From Ignavibacteriaceae bacterium (GTDB lineage Bacteria; Bacteroidota; Ignavibacteria; Ignavibacteriales; Ignavibacteriaceae), in assembly GCA_034522695.1 (NCBI GenBank), contig JAXHLB010000038.1, positions 104,382 through 168,381 on the forward strand: 64,000 nucleotides of DNA. Reading direction: 5' to 3'. The stretch's first letter is position 1; every line of letters starts with the position of its first letter. A program made the position numbers and the translations under genes. The notes under the pieces are model-generated. The model ran no database searches and was not told the origin of the DNA. It saw only the letters and a program-made list of their open reading frames with translations. Positions 1 through 9,465 of the stretch are shown here, piece after piece.

Positions 1-551
1 CCGTAAGTAACAACCGGACGCCAGGTTAAGTAACCGTTAAATATCAACGTAAAAATAACAATAAGCAGAAGGTAAAAGTAGAATCGTTTATCAAAAAGCA
101 AATTTGTTTTCAGAAACTGATCAACGAGATTAGCGATAAATAAGAAGCTCAAAGTCAAACCGGTGTACTGTTTTCCGATTGAAAAGAAATAAATCCCAGC
201 AGGCAAAGCAAGATAAAGAAGAAGTCGAAGCCCGTGCATATCAATCTGTTTTTCTTTTACTCTTCTGATGATCATCTCCCACGTAAACAAGCAGGCAAAA
301 GGAACAGTAATAAAAAATAAAATTTCTTCGATGGGAAGATTTATGATTTTTATTCCCGAAACATATTCAGGATTAAAATGCCAGTGAGTTCCCGTAACAA
401 ATGTATCCCACAATAAAAAAGGGATCGCCGGAAGGGCGATTGCAATTAACATCGGCTTCAGATGATTCCAGATGTAACAGCATTTTAGCGAACCGAAAAA
501 TGCCGGACCGCTGATGACAACGGCGTTAAATATGAAATATTCGAAATTCAT
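1..551 (-). CDS. Lycopene cyclase-domain membrane protein (CrtYc/Yd-like); C-terminus lies beyond the window edge
   Basis: Not in the ORF track because it is open at the edge. Reverse translation from ATG at 549-551 gives MNFEYFIFNAVVISGPAFFGS...KIINLPIEEILFFITVPFACLF... It is polytopic and carries a PxEExxFF-type motif typical of the lycopene cyclase domain family. It is the last gene of the crt operon. Confidence 0.6.
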   Translation of the reverse strand, partial: MNFEYFIFNAVVISGPAFFGSLKCCYIWNHLKPMLIAIALPAIPFLLWDTFVTGTHWHFNPEYVSGIKIINLPIEEILFFITVPFACLFTWEMIIRRVKEKQIDMHGLRLLLYLALPAGIYFFSIGKQYTGLTLSFLFIANLVDQFLKTNLLFDKRFYFYLLLIVIFTLIFNGYLTWRPVVTY

Positions 552-574
552 TTAGAAAAGAAATTATTACTAAA

Positions 575-1219
575 TCAGAAAATTAAATATAGTGCTACGA
601 AAAATAAGAACTGCGCTATAAAATAGTATTTTGGGACTTCGTTATTGACATTAACCCTCATTAAAGAAAAGAGTACGGCTGAAATCGTTCCAATTACAAA
701 CCATGCAATATAATTTTGAACAGGAATGTTTCCACCCTCCCAATTCCAATAATTTAGTTTGATAGCAACAGGTTCTAAAACAATATCAAAAGTAACAGCG
801 AATAATCCAGCGAGCAGAGGCATTAGAATTTTATTTTTAGTCAGCTTTGCTGATATAAGAATTGCACCTATAATGATTAATGCCCAATTTATCCCTATAA
901 GTACAGGAACATCCAGCAGGTGAGGACCCAGTACATTTCCGTAGGTATAGCTGCCGAATATAAGCCCGGTTTTAACACCAACAACTTCCAATATAAAGGT
1001 TGAAACAAATGTCAGGAAAAACCAATAGAAAAAGTTTTTGTTTACACGATGAAAAAATGTAAAGAAGACAGCAAACGAAGTAATGATTAAAGTGAATGGA
1101 GTCAGAAACAGCATAATCTCCCGTGTATAAGAAAATGTGTGACCGATGATTCCAACGGCAAAAATAAGAATCAGTAAAATGATTACTGATTTTTCTTTTA
1201 AATAGATCTTCCCTTCCAT
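575..1219 (-). CDS. Carotenoid biosynthesis membrane protein (PF04240 / CruF-like; candidate carotenoid 1',2'-hydratase)
   Basis: 214-aa polytopic membrane ORF whose start overlaps the stop of the upstream GT2 gene. The composition and length fit the 'carotenoid biosynthesis protein' family found in crt clusters. Family assignment is from memory, not from a search. Confidence 0.5.
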   Translation of the reverse strand: MEGKIYLKEKSVIILLILIFAVGIIGHTFSYTREIMLFLTPFTLIITSFAVFFTFFHRVNKNFFYWFFLTFVSTFILEVVGVKTGLIFGSYTYGNVLGPHLLDVPVLIGINWALIIIGAILISAKLTKNKILMPLLAGLFAVTFDIVLEPVAIKLNYWNWEGGNIPVQNYIAWFVIGTISAVLFSLMRVNVNNEVPKYYFIAQFLFFVALYLIF

Positions 1220-2316
1220 TTCAATTTCTTTGTTTTTGTCCTGTAAACTGAGTTTACCCCGATAGTTATCATTATAAGCATTTGGACGGGGTGTAATAGA
1301 ATGTTAACTAAAATATTTTGTCTGCTGGAGACTGATATGGCTAGTCTTCCCAATAGAATAATCAAAACAATTAAAACGAAGGATGAGTTCATAAAAATCA
1401 TTAAAAAGGGAAGGAAATATGTAGTAAATAAAAAAGCCAGAAAGAGAAAGAAGATAATGGGCGAGGTATTAAATCCCGGAAAATAATTTTTACTGAAACC
1501 ATTAAAAGCAAGCCTGAATCCATCATACATTCTGCAGCTAACAGAATCCGCACCTAAAAATGTCATCATATTAAAGCCGGATTTTTTAACCTGTCGGGCA
1601 ATCTCCATATCTTCAACCACTCTTTCTTTGAATGTCAAATGTCCCCCGATTTTTTCATAGGCAGATTTGGCTATAAACAAAAATTGTCCGTTAGCCGCAA
1701 TGAATGATTTGTTGGCTGATGAATAAACTTTTTTTAAAGGTAAAAAAGCAAGCAAAAGAAAGTTCATTAATGGAACAATCAGCCACTCGCCAAATGAATT
1801 TATAATTTGAGTTGGGAAGGAAGAAATCATTTCCAATTTATACTTGTCTTTGTAAAAGAGACACGATTCAACAACACCCGAACTTAATCTTACATCAGCA
1901 TCAATAAAAAGAAGATATTCTCCATTTGCTTCTTTTGAAAGCTGGTGACAAGCCCAGTTTTTTCCGAGCCAGCCATTCGGAAGCGGCTTTCCCGAAATCA
2001 ATTTTATTTTGTTGTTAGAATTGTATTCTGATATTTTATCAGAAATGATTTCTGCTGTTCTATCTTCAGATTCATCATCAAGAATTATTAACTCGAAGTT
2101 TTTGTATGATTGACTTAGAACCACGTCAATACAATTCCCGATATTTTTCTCTTCGTTTCTTGCAGGAACCAGCACAGAGACTAATTGATCTTGCACGGAA
2201 TTACACTCTATTTTTTCGAGTCTCGGGGCTGTGACTAAATTGTAAATTGCAACCAGGGTAGAGATAGAAGCAAAAATGAGCGTAGAGTAGAAAATAAATT
2301 CAGTAACCATTATCAT
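1198..2316 (-). CDS. Family 2 glycosyltransferase (carotenoid glycosyltransferase candidate, CruC/CrtX-like role)
   Basis: VSVLVPARNEEKNI, ILDDESEDRT and FIDADV motifs (GT-A DxD fold) plus C-terminal TM helices. It is translationally coupled within the crt operon. Confidence 0.7.
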   Translation of the reverse strand: MIMVTEFIFYSTLIFASISTLVAIYNLVTAPRLEKIECNSVQDQLVSVLVPARNEEKNIGNCIDVVLSQSYKNFELIILDDESEDRTAEIISDKISEYNSNNKIKLISGKPLPNGWLGKNWACHQLSKEANGEYLLFIDADVRLSSGVVESCLFYKDKYKLEMISSFPTQIINSFGEWLIVPLMNFLLLAFLPLKKVYSSANKSFIAANGQFLFIAKSAYEKIGGHLTFKERVVEDMEIARQVKKSGFNMMTFLGADSVSCRMYDGFRLAFNGFSKNYFPGFNTSPIIFFLFLAFLFTTYFLPFLMIFMNSSFVLIVLIILLGRLAISVSSRQNILVNILLHPVQMLIMITIGVNSVYRTKTKKLKWKGRSI

Positions 2317-2978
2317 TTCCCTGCGAAAAGATCCACAGCAAAATTTTTGCTGGATGCAGATTCATTTAACGCATCAAGGTTAGCGACAAATTCACTTTCC
2401 AATACATTAAAATCATTGAGTATTTCATCTGCATTGATAATCCTGCCGGAACGGAAAATAATTGCCGGATATTTTTCATTATAGTAATGAATCTTGAAAG
2501 CAACCGGCAAAACAACACATTCATTTTTAATGTTTCTTAAAAATAGCCGAAGTCCCTTTTTCAGGTTAAGAGGTCTTTGGTCGAATGGTTCAATTTCCCC
2601 CTGCGGATAAAAAGCAACTGCATTTTTATGATTAACTAATATTGTGTTCGTGTATCTTATTGTTTCTGAAATACTTTTGGGATTATCGGGTTGAATAGAA
2701 TAAGCCCCGATGTACTTGAAAAACCAGAATCGCTCAAGCTGCTTTCTGAGCATCATAAAGTATAGATTCCTCTTTAAAATTTCTCTGTTTACCTTATGGA
2801 TGAAAAAACCATCCCACCAGCTCATATGATTAGGTGTTATTATGACAGATTTATTTTTTGGCAGTTCAGGCGGAAGGTTAACAAGAAAGAAGTTAGAGAA
2901 ATTTTTTCTCAATAATCTGTTGATGTAAATATTAAAAACAAGAAGAGCAGCCTTATTGTGTTTTGCTTCAATTATCAT
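2313..2978 (-). CDS. PlsC-family acyltransferase (carotenoid glycoside acyltransferase candidate, CruD-like role)
   Basis: HxxxxD acyltransferase motif (NHMSWWD). It has 4-bp overlaps with both neighbouring crt genes. Confidence 0.55.
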   Translation of the reverse strand: MIIEAKHNKAALLVFNIYINRLLRKNFSNFFLVNLPPELPKNKSVIITPNHMSWWDGFFIHKVNREILKRNLYFMMLRKQLERFWFFKYIGAYSIQPDNPKSISETIRYTNTILVNHKNAVAFYPQGEIEPFDQRPLNLKKGLRLFLRNIKNECVVLPVAFKIHYYNEKYPAIIFRSGRIINADEILNDFNVLESEFVANLDALNESASSKNFAVDLFAGK

Positions 2979-4471
2979 TTTTCATATCTGCATATTAGTT
3001 CTGAAGCAAGTTTGCCAGAAAGCATTACAAGTGGAATACCCCCGCCCGGATGAGCACTTCCACCACAGAAATATAGACCCTTATATTTTTTTGATTTATT
3101 CTGCTGTCTTAGAAAAGCAGCCGTTCTGGAATTTGATGAAATTCCGTAAATGCTTCCAAGTCTGCTGCCGGTTTGCGATTCGATTTTTTCGGGAGTTAAA
3201 ACTTCTTCCTCAACAATAAGCTGGTCAAGGTTAATTCTTAACACCGCCTTAATTTTTTTTATAACTCTTTCTCTTGTTAATCTTATTTCTTCCTTCCAGT
3301 CCTGACCCGAAATATAGGGTGCGTTAACCAGAACAAACCAGTTTTCAAAGCCATCCGGTGCATCACTCTTGTTAAACTTTGATGAAATGTAGATATAGAT
3401 GGTTGGATCCGAAGGACATTTTTTCAATTCAAATATTTCATTAAACTCTTTTTTATAGTCAGTAGAAAATAAAATGTTATGAGTTTCAAGTTTCGGATAA
3501 TTTCCCTTTACACCCCAATAAAAAACTATTGCTGATAAGGATGGTTCAAGAGATTCATACCGCTTTGCCGGTTTTGATGAAGTGTCATTTAATAACTTTT
3601 TATAGGTTGTGTTTACATCGGCATTCGAAATTACGAGATCAAAATTCTCAATAACGTTTCTGCCATCTTCGGCCGTGTATTCAATACCCGATACACTGTT
3701 TCCATTTAAAATAATTTTCTTAACTGCTGAATTAAATTGAAATTGCACACCATTTTCTTTGCATAGATTGAAAAGCACTTCAACTATTTTGTAAACGCCG
3801 CCCTCGCAAATATAACTTCCCAGACCGTACTCAACGTGCTGAATAGTGTTTAATGTTGCCGGGGCGCTGTAAGGATTCGAACCGCTGTAGGTTGCATAAC
3901 GATTGAATAATTGTAAGGTCTTTGCATCTTTGAAAAAAGATTTATTTGCCTTATCAACAGTTCTGAATACATCTATGCTCTTGAAATTAAGCAATGATTT
4001 AAATGATTTTGCACTTAGCAGGTTTTTTATGCTTGTCGGTGAATTGAGGAGGAAAATATCTGTTGTCAGATCGTATATTTTTTTGCAGTACTGAAGATAT
4101 TTTTTTATTGAAGATGAAGTGTCGGTTGTTTTATTTTCAATCTCTTCTGCGAATTTTTCTAAATTACCAAAAGCATTGATTACAGTTCCATCCGCATAAA
4201 AATATTTACAAATTATATCCAGCTTAATCAATTTCAGATAATCGGAAAGTTTATAGCCGGCTTCTTTAAATATTTCCTCCAGAACAAAAGGCATTGTTAT
4301 AAGTGAAGGCCCGGTATCAAATCTGAAGTTATTTAAGCGAAGTGAATTTGCTTTGCCGCCTGGCTTACTGTTCGTTTCAAAAACTTTAACATCGAATTCT
4401 TTTTTGGAAAGTAGAAGTGCAGACGTCAGTCCACCGAGTCCGGCTCCAATAACTGCAACTCTCTTTTTCAT
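2975..4471 (-). CDS. CrtI-family FAD-dependent carotenoid desaturase (CrtD-like candidate)
   Basis: N-terminal Rossmann motif VAVIGAGLGGLTSAL. C-terminal GGSAHPGGGIPLVMLSG signature of phytoene-desaturase family enzymes. Confidence 0.8.
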   Translation of the reverse strand: MKKRVAVIGAGLGGLTSALLLSKKEFDVKVFETNSKPGGKANSLRLNNFRFDTGPSLITMPFVLEEIFKEAGYKLSDYLKLIKLDIICKYFYADGTVINAFGNLEKFAEEIENKTTDTSSSIKKYLQYCKKIYDLTTDIFLLNSPTSIKNLLSAKSFKSLLNFKSIDVFRTVDKANKSFFKDAKTLQLFNRYATYSGSNPYSAPATLNTIQHVEYGLGSYICEGGVYKIVEVLFNLCKENGVQFQFNSAVKKIILNGNSVSGIEYTAEDGRNVIENFDLVISNADVNTTYKKLLNDTSSKPAKRYESLEPSLSAIVFYWGVKGNYPKLETHNILFSTDYKKEFNEIFELKKCPSDPTIYIYISSKFNKSDAPDGFENWFVLVNAPYISGQDWKEEIRLTRERVIKKIKAVLRINLDQLIVEEEVLTPEKIESQTGSRLGSIYGISSNSRTAAFLRQQNKSKKYKGLYFCGGSAHPGGGIPLVMLSGKLASELICRYEK

Positions 4472-4522
4472 ATCGACCCCAATTTATAGAAGAATAATTT
4501 TATTCCTCAAAACGAGTTTAAA

Positions 4523-5368
4523 TTAAGTTGACTTGAAAACTTTTACTTCGAAATATGATTTGAGCAACAGATACAATTTATATCCGTTAGATATTCTAAC
4601 TCTTTTACTTTTTAACTGCTCAACATCCAGGCGCTTAATTTTTTTGAAAAGCATCAGGTAGTAAAGATATGCAGAGTAAACACCCAGCTTAACCGAAATA
4701 GGTAATCGAACTATTCCCCAGAATGCCTCTTTAAATTCAGCCTCGACTTCCTTTTCAAGCATAGCTTTGTTGTGGTCATCAACGTAATCAAGGTGATTAA
4801 CACCCGGGAGATAAATTCTTCCCCGGTCATTCAAATCACTCTGGATGTCTCTAAGAAAATTCACTTTCTGAAATGCAGCGCCAAGCATTCGTGCTGAATG
4901 TTCCAGCTCTTTGTATTTCTTTTCATCACCATCAACAAAAACTTTCAGGCACATTAAGCCAACAACTTCCGCCGAGCCATAAATATATTCATCATAGTTT
5001 TCTCTATTGTAAGATGAATTTGAAAGATCCATCTCCATACTTTTCAGGAAAGCAGAAATCAGCTTGCGGTCAATTCCGTAATTGTTCACAACTTTCTGGA
5101 ATGCGTGAAGAACCGGGTTTGTGGAAATACCGGTGTTTATTGCTTCCCACGTGTCGTTTGTAAATTTATTAAGAAGATACTCCTTATCGTATGAATGAAA
5201 TGTATCTACAATTTCATCAGCAACACGAACGAATCCGTAGATTGCAAAAATCGGATCGCGGTATTCCGGCTTGAATACTTTTATCCCGAGACTGAAAGAA
5301 GTGCTGTAAGCCGTTGTTAACTTTTTGCTCAGCTTGTAGCTGGTATTAGTGTAGTGTTCTAAAGTCAT
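4523..5368 (-). CDS. crtB: Phytoene synthase
   Basis: YGFVRVADEIVD and AFQKVNFLRDIQSDLNDRGRIYLP motifs (squalene/phytoene synthase family). Located in the crt operon. Confidence 0.85.
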   Translation of the reverse strand: MTLEHYTNTSYKLSKKLTTAYSTSFSLGIKVFKPEYRDPIFAIYGFVRVADEIVDTFHSYDKEYLLNKFTNDTWEAINTGISTNPVLHAFQKVVNNYGIDRKLISAFLKSMEMDLSNSSYNRENYDEYIYGSAEVVGLMCLKVFVDGDEKKYKELEHSARMLGAAFQKVNFLRDIQSDLNDRGRIYLPGVNHLDYVDDHNKAMLEKEVEAEFKEAFWGIVRLPISVKLGVYSAYLYYLMLFKKIKRLDVEQLKSKRVRISNGYKLYLLLKSYFEVKVFKST

Positions 5369-6829
5369 TTTCTATTCTCTCCATTACTAATTTTGAACTT
5401 ATTATTACCATTGGCAAACCAGTACCGGGCGTTGTCGATGCGCCAACATAATACAAGTTAGAAAGTTTTTCGTCTTTGTTTTTTGGTCTGAATGCACCAA
5501 CCTGGTTAATGTCGTGTGCAAGACCAAGTCCCGACCCTTTGTAAAGGTTGAGCATATTTGCCCAGTCATCGGGAGCTAATATTTTTTTTGTTATGATGTT
5601 ATTTTGAATATCAAAACCAACTCTGTTTGAAAGATCGTCAATAATATTTTGTGCAAGCTCTTCTTTGTCTTCCCACGATTTTTTGTATCGAAGATCAGGA
5701 ACCGGACAAAGAATAAATAAATTTTCGCATCCTTCCGGAGCGCAATTAGTTTCTGATTTTGAAAGGGCATTTACATAATAATAAGGCTTCTGTGGACTAA
5801 TCGAAGAAGTAAATATGGTATCAGCATATCCTCTGAAGTTGCTTCCAAGAAAATAATTGTGATGATTTAGCTTATCTATTTTTCCTTTCACACCGAGATA
5901 GATTGTAAACGGTGCAAGTGTCCAGTGCATTTTGTCAAGCTTTTCATCACTGAATTTTTCACGGTTCAAAATCTTTCCTCTGAATGAAGCGGCATCAGAA
6001 TTTGAAATGAAAATATCGGCACTCCATTTTTTCCCATTTTGATCAACTAATTCGTAAAGCTTGCCGTTATTGTTACCAACACTTACTATCTCCGTGTTAT
6101 AAATAATTTTCACGCCATTTTCATTCAGTATCTTAACTAATTCTTCAACCAGACGATACATTCCACCCTTAACTTTCCAGTAACCGTTGTGCTTCATCTC
6201 TGTATAATTCAGCAAAGAATAAATTGCCGGTGTCTGAAATGGTGTCGAACCGAGAAAGAAAGCAACAAGAGAGAAAATCACCTTTACTTCTTCAGATGTG
6301 AAATGTTTTTCAACCTCGCCCCACATATTTCTCTGAAGATATGGAAGATGCTTCAACGGAACGCGGCTTAGTTTCAAAACGTAATCAAGTTTATTGCTGA
6401 AGTTTGTCTTTACAACTTTGTCAACAGTATCATGAAAGAATTGTCCTGCACGCTTAAGATATTTTTCAGCATTCTCTTCAAGGTTGGGTTCAATATCTTT
6501 AAACTCTTCAGCAAGTTTCTTTAAGATCCTTGTAGATAAGTCGTGGTTTATCCTGTCCTTCAAAAAATACCTGGTATAGCGGATCGAGTTCTTCCAGTTC
6601 AATTGGAACTTTCATCCCGACACTATTCAAATAATTCATCAAGCTCATAAGTCATACTCATAAAAGACGGACCCATATCAAAGCGAAAACCATCCTGTTC
6701 AATAACATTCAGTCTTCCGCCGGGAGTTGAATGCTTTTCAAGAATAGTTACATCGTAACCCTTCTTGGAAAGTCTTAAAGCGGTTGATAAACCGCCAAGT
6801 CCTGATCCTATGATAACTGCTTTTTTCAT
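5346..6829 (-). pseudogene. crtI: Phytoene desaturase, interrupted by at least two frame changes near codons 68-100
   Basis: The N-terminal 68 aa (6623-6829, MKKAVIIGSGLGGL...GPSFMSMTYELDELFE*) and the C-terminal 418 aa (5346-6602, ...YYVGASTTPGTGLPMVIISSKL) belong to the same protein family. A third frame between them reads VGMKVPIELEELDPLYQVFFEGQDKPRLIYKDLK. Confidence 0.75.
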
Positions 6830-6903
6830 TTTTAAATTTTATGATTAATGAGGTAGCTATAAGATAATGTTTTTAGAATTTAGATTCTGTTACTTTTATA
6901 TTA

Positions 6904-7012
6904 AATGAGGAAACCACTTGTTTTGCTTGGTTCAAATATGTCATTACTTCAAAATCGTGTCAGAGTTAACATTTGAATAATACAACTCTTAATACAAGTG
7001 GTATTCCTCATT
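6904..7012. promoter_or_regulatory. Long-range inverted repeat between the DUF4397 gene stop and the crt operon start
   Basis: AATGAGGAAACCACTTGT (6904-6921) matches ACAAGTGGTATTCCTCATT (6994-7012) at 18 of 19 bp, with arms about 72 bp apart. Confidence 0.3.
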
Positions 7013-7023
7013 ACTTATTCTAT

Positions 7024-9435
7024 TTATTTAAGAAGATTCATTTTCTTGATTTCTCTGAAGTTTCCGGCCTTCAACTCATACAAATAAACACCAGAAGCCA
7101 GGTTTAATGCATCAAAGTTAAATTTGTACGAACCTGCAGAAAGATTTTCGTTCACCAAGGTTGCAACTTCGCTTCCGAGAATATTATACACTTTCAACGT
7201 TACAAAATCGCTATTCGGGATTGTAAAATTGATATTTGTGCTCGGGTTAAACGGATTCGGATAATTCTGTGAAAGAGAATAATTGCTGGGGGTTACACCA
7301 GAAATATTTTCAACACTTGCAACACCCTCTGGAAATTGTCCAACTGTTCCATCAGCTAATACAAAGAATAAACCAAACGCTTCACCATTCTGGTTAGCAG
7401 AAGGATCCAGGAAACCTGAAGCAAATACAACTGCACTTCCACCACCAAGCGTTCTTAGGTCAGCAACGTATGACTGTACCAAAGTTGTGCCGTCAGCCAG
7501 TGTCAGATCGAGAGTATAGTTTCCCGCAGGAACCGGGATGTAACTAGTAATATCACCATAAGCAGCGTTGTCAACTAATGTTGCAACACCTCTAGCAATC
7601 ACATCAACGGTTGGAGCGTCAGTTGAACCGTGCAACACAAAGAAGTCAACATCACTACCGGTTCCTGATTCCCGAGCCATAGTCTTGATAAACAAAGTGA
7701 AAGCAGTGCTTCTTCCATCAGGATTTGAAGCATATTGAGATGGATTAAGAACACCGTTAGCTATTGCTACATAGGTCTCACCGTTTTCCAGTGTGACTTG
7801 AAAATTCTTTAACGTATCATTAACAGAGCCGCTGTTGCCCGGTGCAACGCCAATATTTAATTGAACACCAGCAGGTGCATCTATGAAAGGCGTAGCTGCT
7901 CTGAAACCAAAATCATTTAATAATAAAGTTCCATTTAAATAAATGTCCACAGGATCAGCTGCGATATCTGCAGCATTATGAATAACTTGTAATCTTGCTA
8001 ACTGAACAGAAGGAAATTCTACTACAGTTCCATTTGGTAATGCAGCGAAGATTCCAAAAGCCTCTCCATTTTGATTTGAAGATGGATCCAAGAATCCCGA
8101 AGCAAATACTACTGCAGCACCTCCGCCTAATCCACTTAAGTCAGCTTCGAAAGAAGCAACTATGGTTGAATTATTATTACCTGGTGTAACATCGAGGACG
8201 TATGATGCAGGTGGAACGGGGATATAAGAAGTGATATCACCATAAGCAGCATTGTCAACTAAAGTAGCAACACCTCTAGCAATTACATCAACAGTTGGAG
8301 CGTCAGTTGAACCGTGCAACACAAAGAAGTCAACATCACTACCGGTTCCTGATTCCCGAGCCATAGTCTTAATAAACAAAGTGAAAGCAGTGCTTCTTCC
8401 ATCAGGATTTGAAGCATAAGAATTAGGATCGAGTACACCGTTAGCTATTGCTACATAGGTCTCACCGTTTTCCAGTGTGACTTGAAAATTCTTTAACGTA
8501 TCATTAACAGAGCCGCTGTTGCCCGGTGCAACGCCAATATTTAATTGAACACCAGCAGGTGCATCTATGAAAGGCGTAGCTGCTCTGAAACCAAAATCAT
8601 TTAATAATAAAGTTCCATTTAAATAAATGTCCACAGGATCAGCTGCGATATCTGCAGCATTATGGATAACTTGTAATCTTGCCAATTGAATAGAAGGAAA
8701 TTCTACTACAGTTCCATTTGGTAATGCAGCAAAGATTCCAAAAGCCTCTCCATTTTGATTTGAAGATGGATCCAAGAATCCCGAAGCAAATACTGCAGCA
8801 GCACCGCCACCCAATCCACTTAAATCGGCTTGGAAGGATGCAACTATTGATGGATTATCACCAGTAGTAGCTATGTCAAGAATATATGACGCTGGTGGAA
8901 CAGGGATATAACCAGTGATATCACCATAAGCAGCGTTATCAACTAATGTTGCAACACCTCTAGCAATCACATCAACAGTTGGAGCGTCGGTAGATCCGTG
9001 CAACACAAAGAAGTCAACATCACTACCGGTTCCTGATTCCCGAGCCATAGTCTTGATAAACAAAGTGAAAGCAGTGCTTCTGCCATCAGGATTTGAAGCA
9101 AAAGAACCCGGACTTAAAACTCCATTTGCAATTGCTACGTATTTTTCATTTGCTGTTAGAGTGACATTAAAGTTTTTAATTGTATCAGCAGCAGAAGTGC
9201 TGTTAGGACCAGCAACACCGATATTAATTGGCGTGCCTGCTGGTGCATCGATAAAGGGTGTAGCTTCTCTGAAGCCGAAGTTGTCAAGTAATAAAGTACC
9301 GTTAAGATAAATATCTACTGCCACAGCACCCGGATCGGCAGCGTTGTGAATTACCTGCAATCTTGCAGTCTGAGCGAAAGTAAAATTTAGCCCCGTTATT
9401 AGAATTGCGGCTAAAAGAATTTTGAAAGTTTTCAT
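7024..9435 (-). CDS. Secreted repeat protein: three 228-aa units of paired DUF4397-like domains plus a T9SS C-terminal sorting domain
   Basis: Signal peptide MKTFKILLAAILITGLNFTFAQ. ARLQVIHNAAD...VDIYLNG and FFVLHGSTDAPTVDV modules are repeated three times. The C-terminus NYPNPFNPSTNINFTIP...LKVYNILGSEVATL...GVYLYELKAGNF is typical of Por/T9SS CTDs. Confidence 0.8.
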   Translation of the reverse strand: MKTFKILLAAILITGLNFTFAQTARLQVIHNAADPGAVAVDIYLNGTLLLDNFGFREATPFIDAPAGTPINIGVAGPNSTSAADTIKNFNVTLTANEKYVAIANGVLSPGSFASNPDGRSTAFTLFIKTMARESGTGSDVDFFVLHGSTDAPTVDVIARGVATLVDNAAYGDITGYIPVPPASYILDIATTGDNPSIVASFQADLSGLGGGAAAVFASGFLDPSSNQNGEAFGIFAALPNGTVVEFPSIQLARLQVIHNAADIAADPVDIYLNGTLLLNDFGFRAATPFIDAPAGVQLNIGVAPGNSGSVNDTLKNFQVTLENGETYVAIANGVLDPNSYASNPDGRSTAFTLFIKTMARESGTGSDVDFFVLHGSTDAPTVDVIARGVATLVDNAAYGDITSYIPVPPASYVLDVTPGNNNSTIVASFEADLSGLGGGAAVVFASGFLDPSSNQNGEAFGIFAALPNGTVVEFPSVQLARLQVIHNAADIAADPVDIYLNGTLLLNDFGFRAATPFIDAPAGVQLNIGVAPGNSGSVNDTLKNFQVTLENGETYVAIANGVLNPSQYASNPDGRSTAFTLFIKTMARESGTGSDVDFFVLHGSTDAPTVDVIARGVATLVDNAAYGDITSYIPVPAGNYTLDLTLADGTTLVQSYVADLRTLGGGSAVVFASGFLDPSANQNGEAFGLFFVLADGTVGQFPEGVASVENISGVTPSNYSLSQNYPNPFNPSTNINFTIPNSDFVTLKVYNILGSEVATLVNENLSAGSYKFNFDALNLASGVYLYELKAGNFREIKKMNLLK
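7315..9366. repeat. Three tandem 684-bp intragenic repeats; copies 2 and 3 are almost identical at DNA level over several hundred bp
   Basis: For example ATAGGTCTCACCGTTTTCCAGTGTGACTTGAAAATTC... begins at 7771 and again at 8455 (offset 684). The protein repeat starts at residues 24, 252 and 480. Confidence 0.9.
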
Positions 9436-9465
9436 TTTGTATCTCCTTGATTTATTGTTAGTGAA

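Noticed and set aside
3870-3905. tRNA-like T-arm sequence (GGTTCGAATCC on the minus strand).
   Set aside because: The flanking bases cannot form a T-stem or acceptor stem. It also lies inside a well-supported desaturase coding region.
7283-9310. Plus-strand ORFs 7283-7519, 7995-8189 and 9053-9310.
   Set aside because: They are antisense shadows within the repeat-protein gene and recur only because the DNA repeat recurs.
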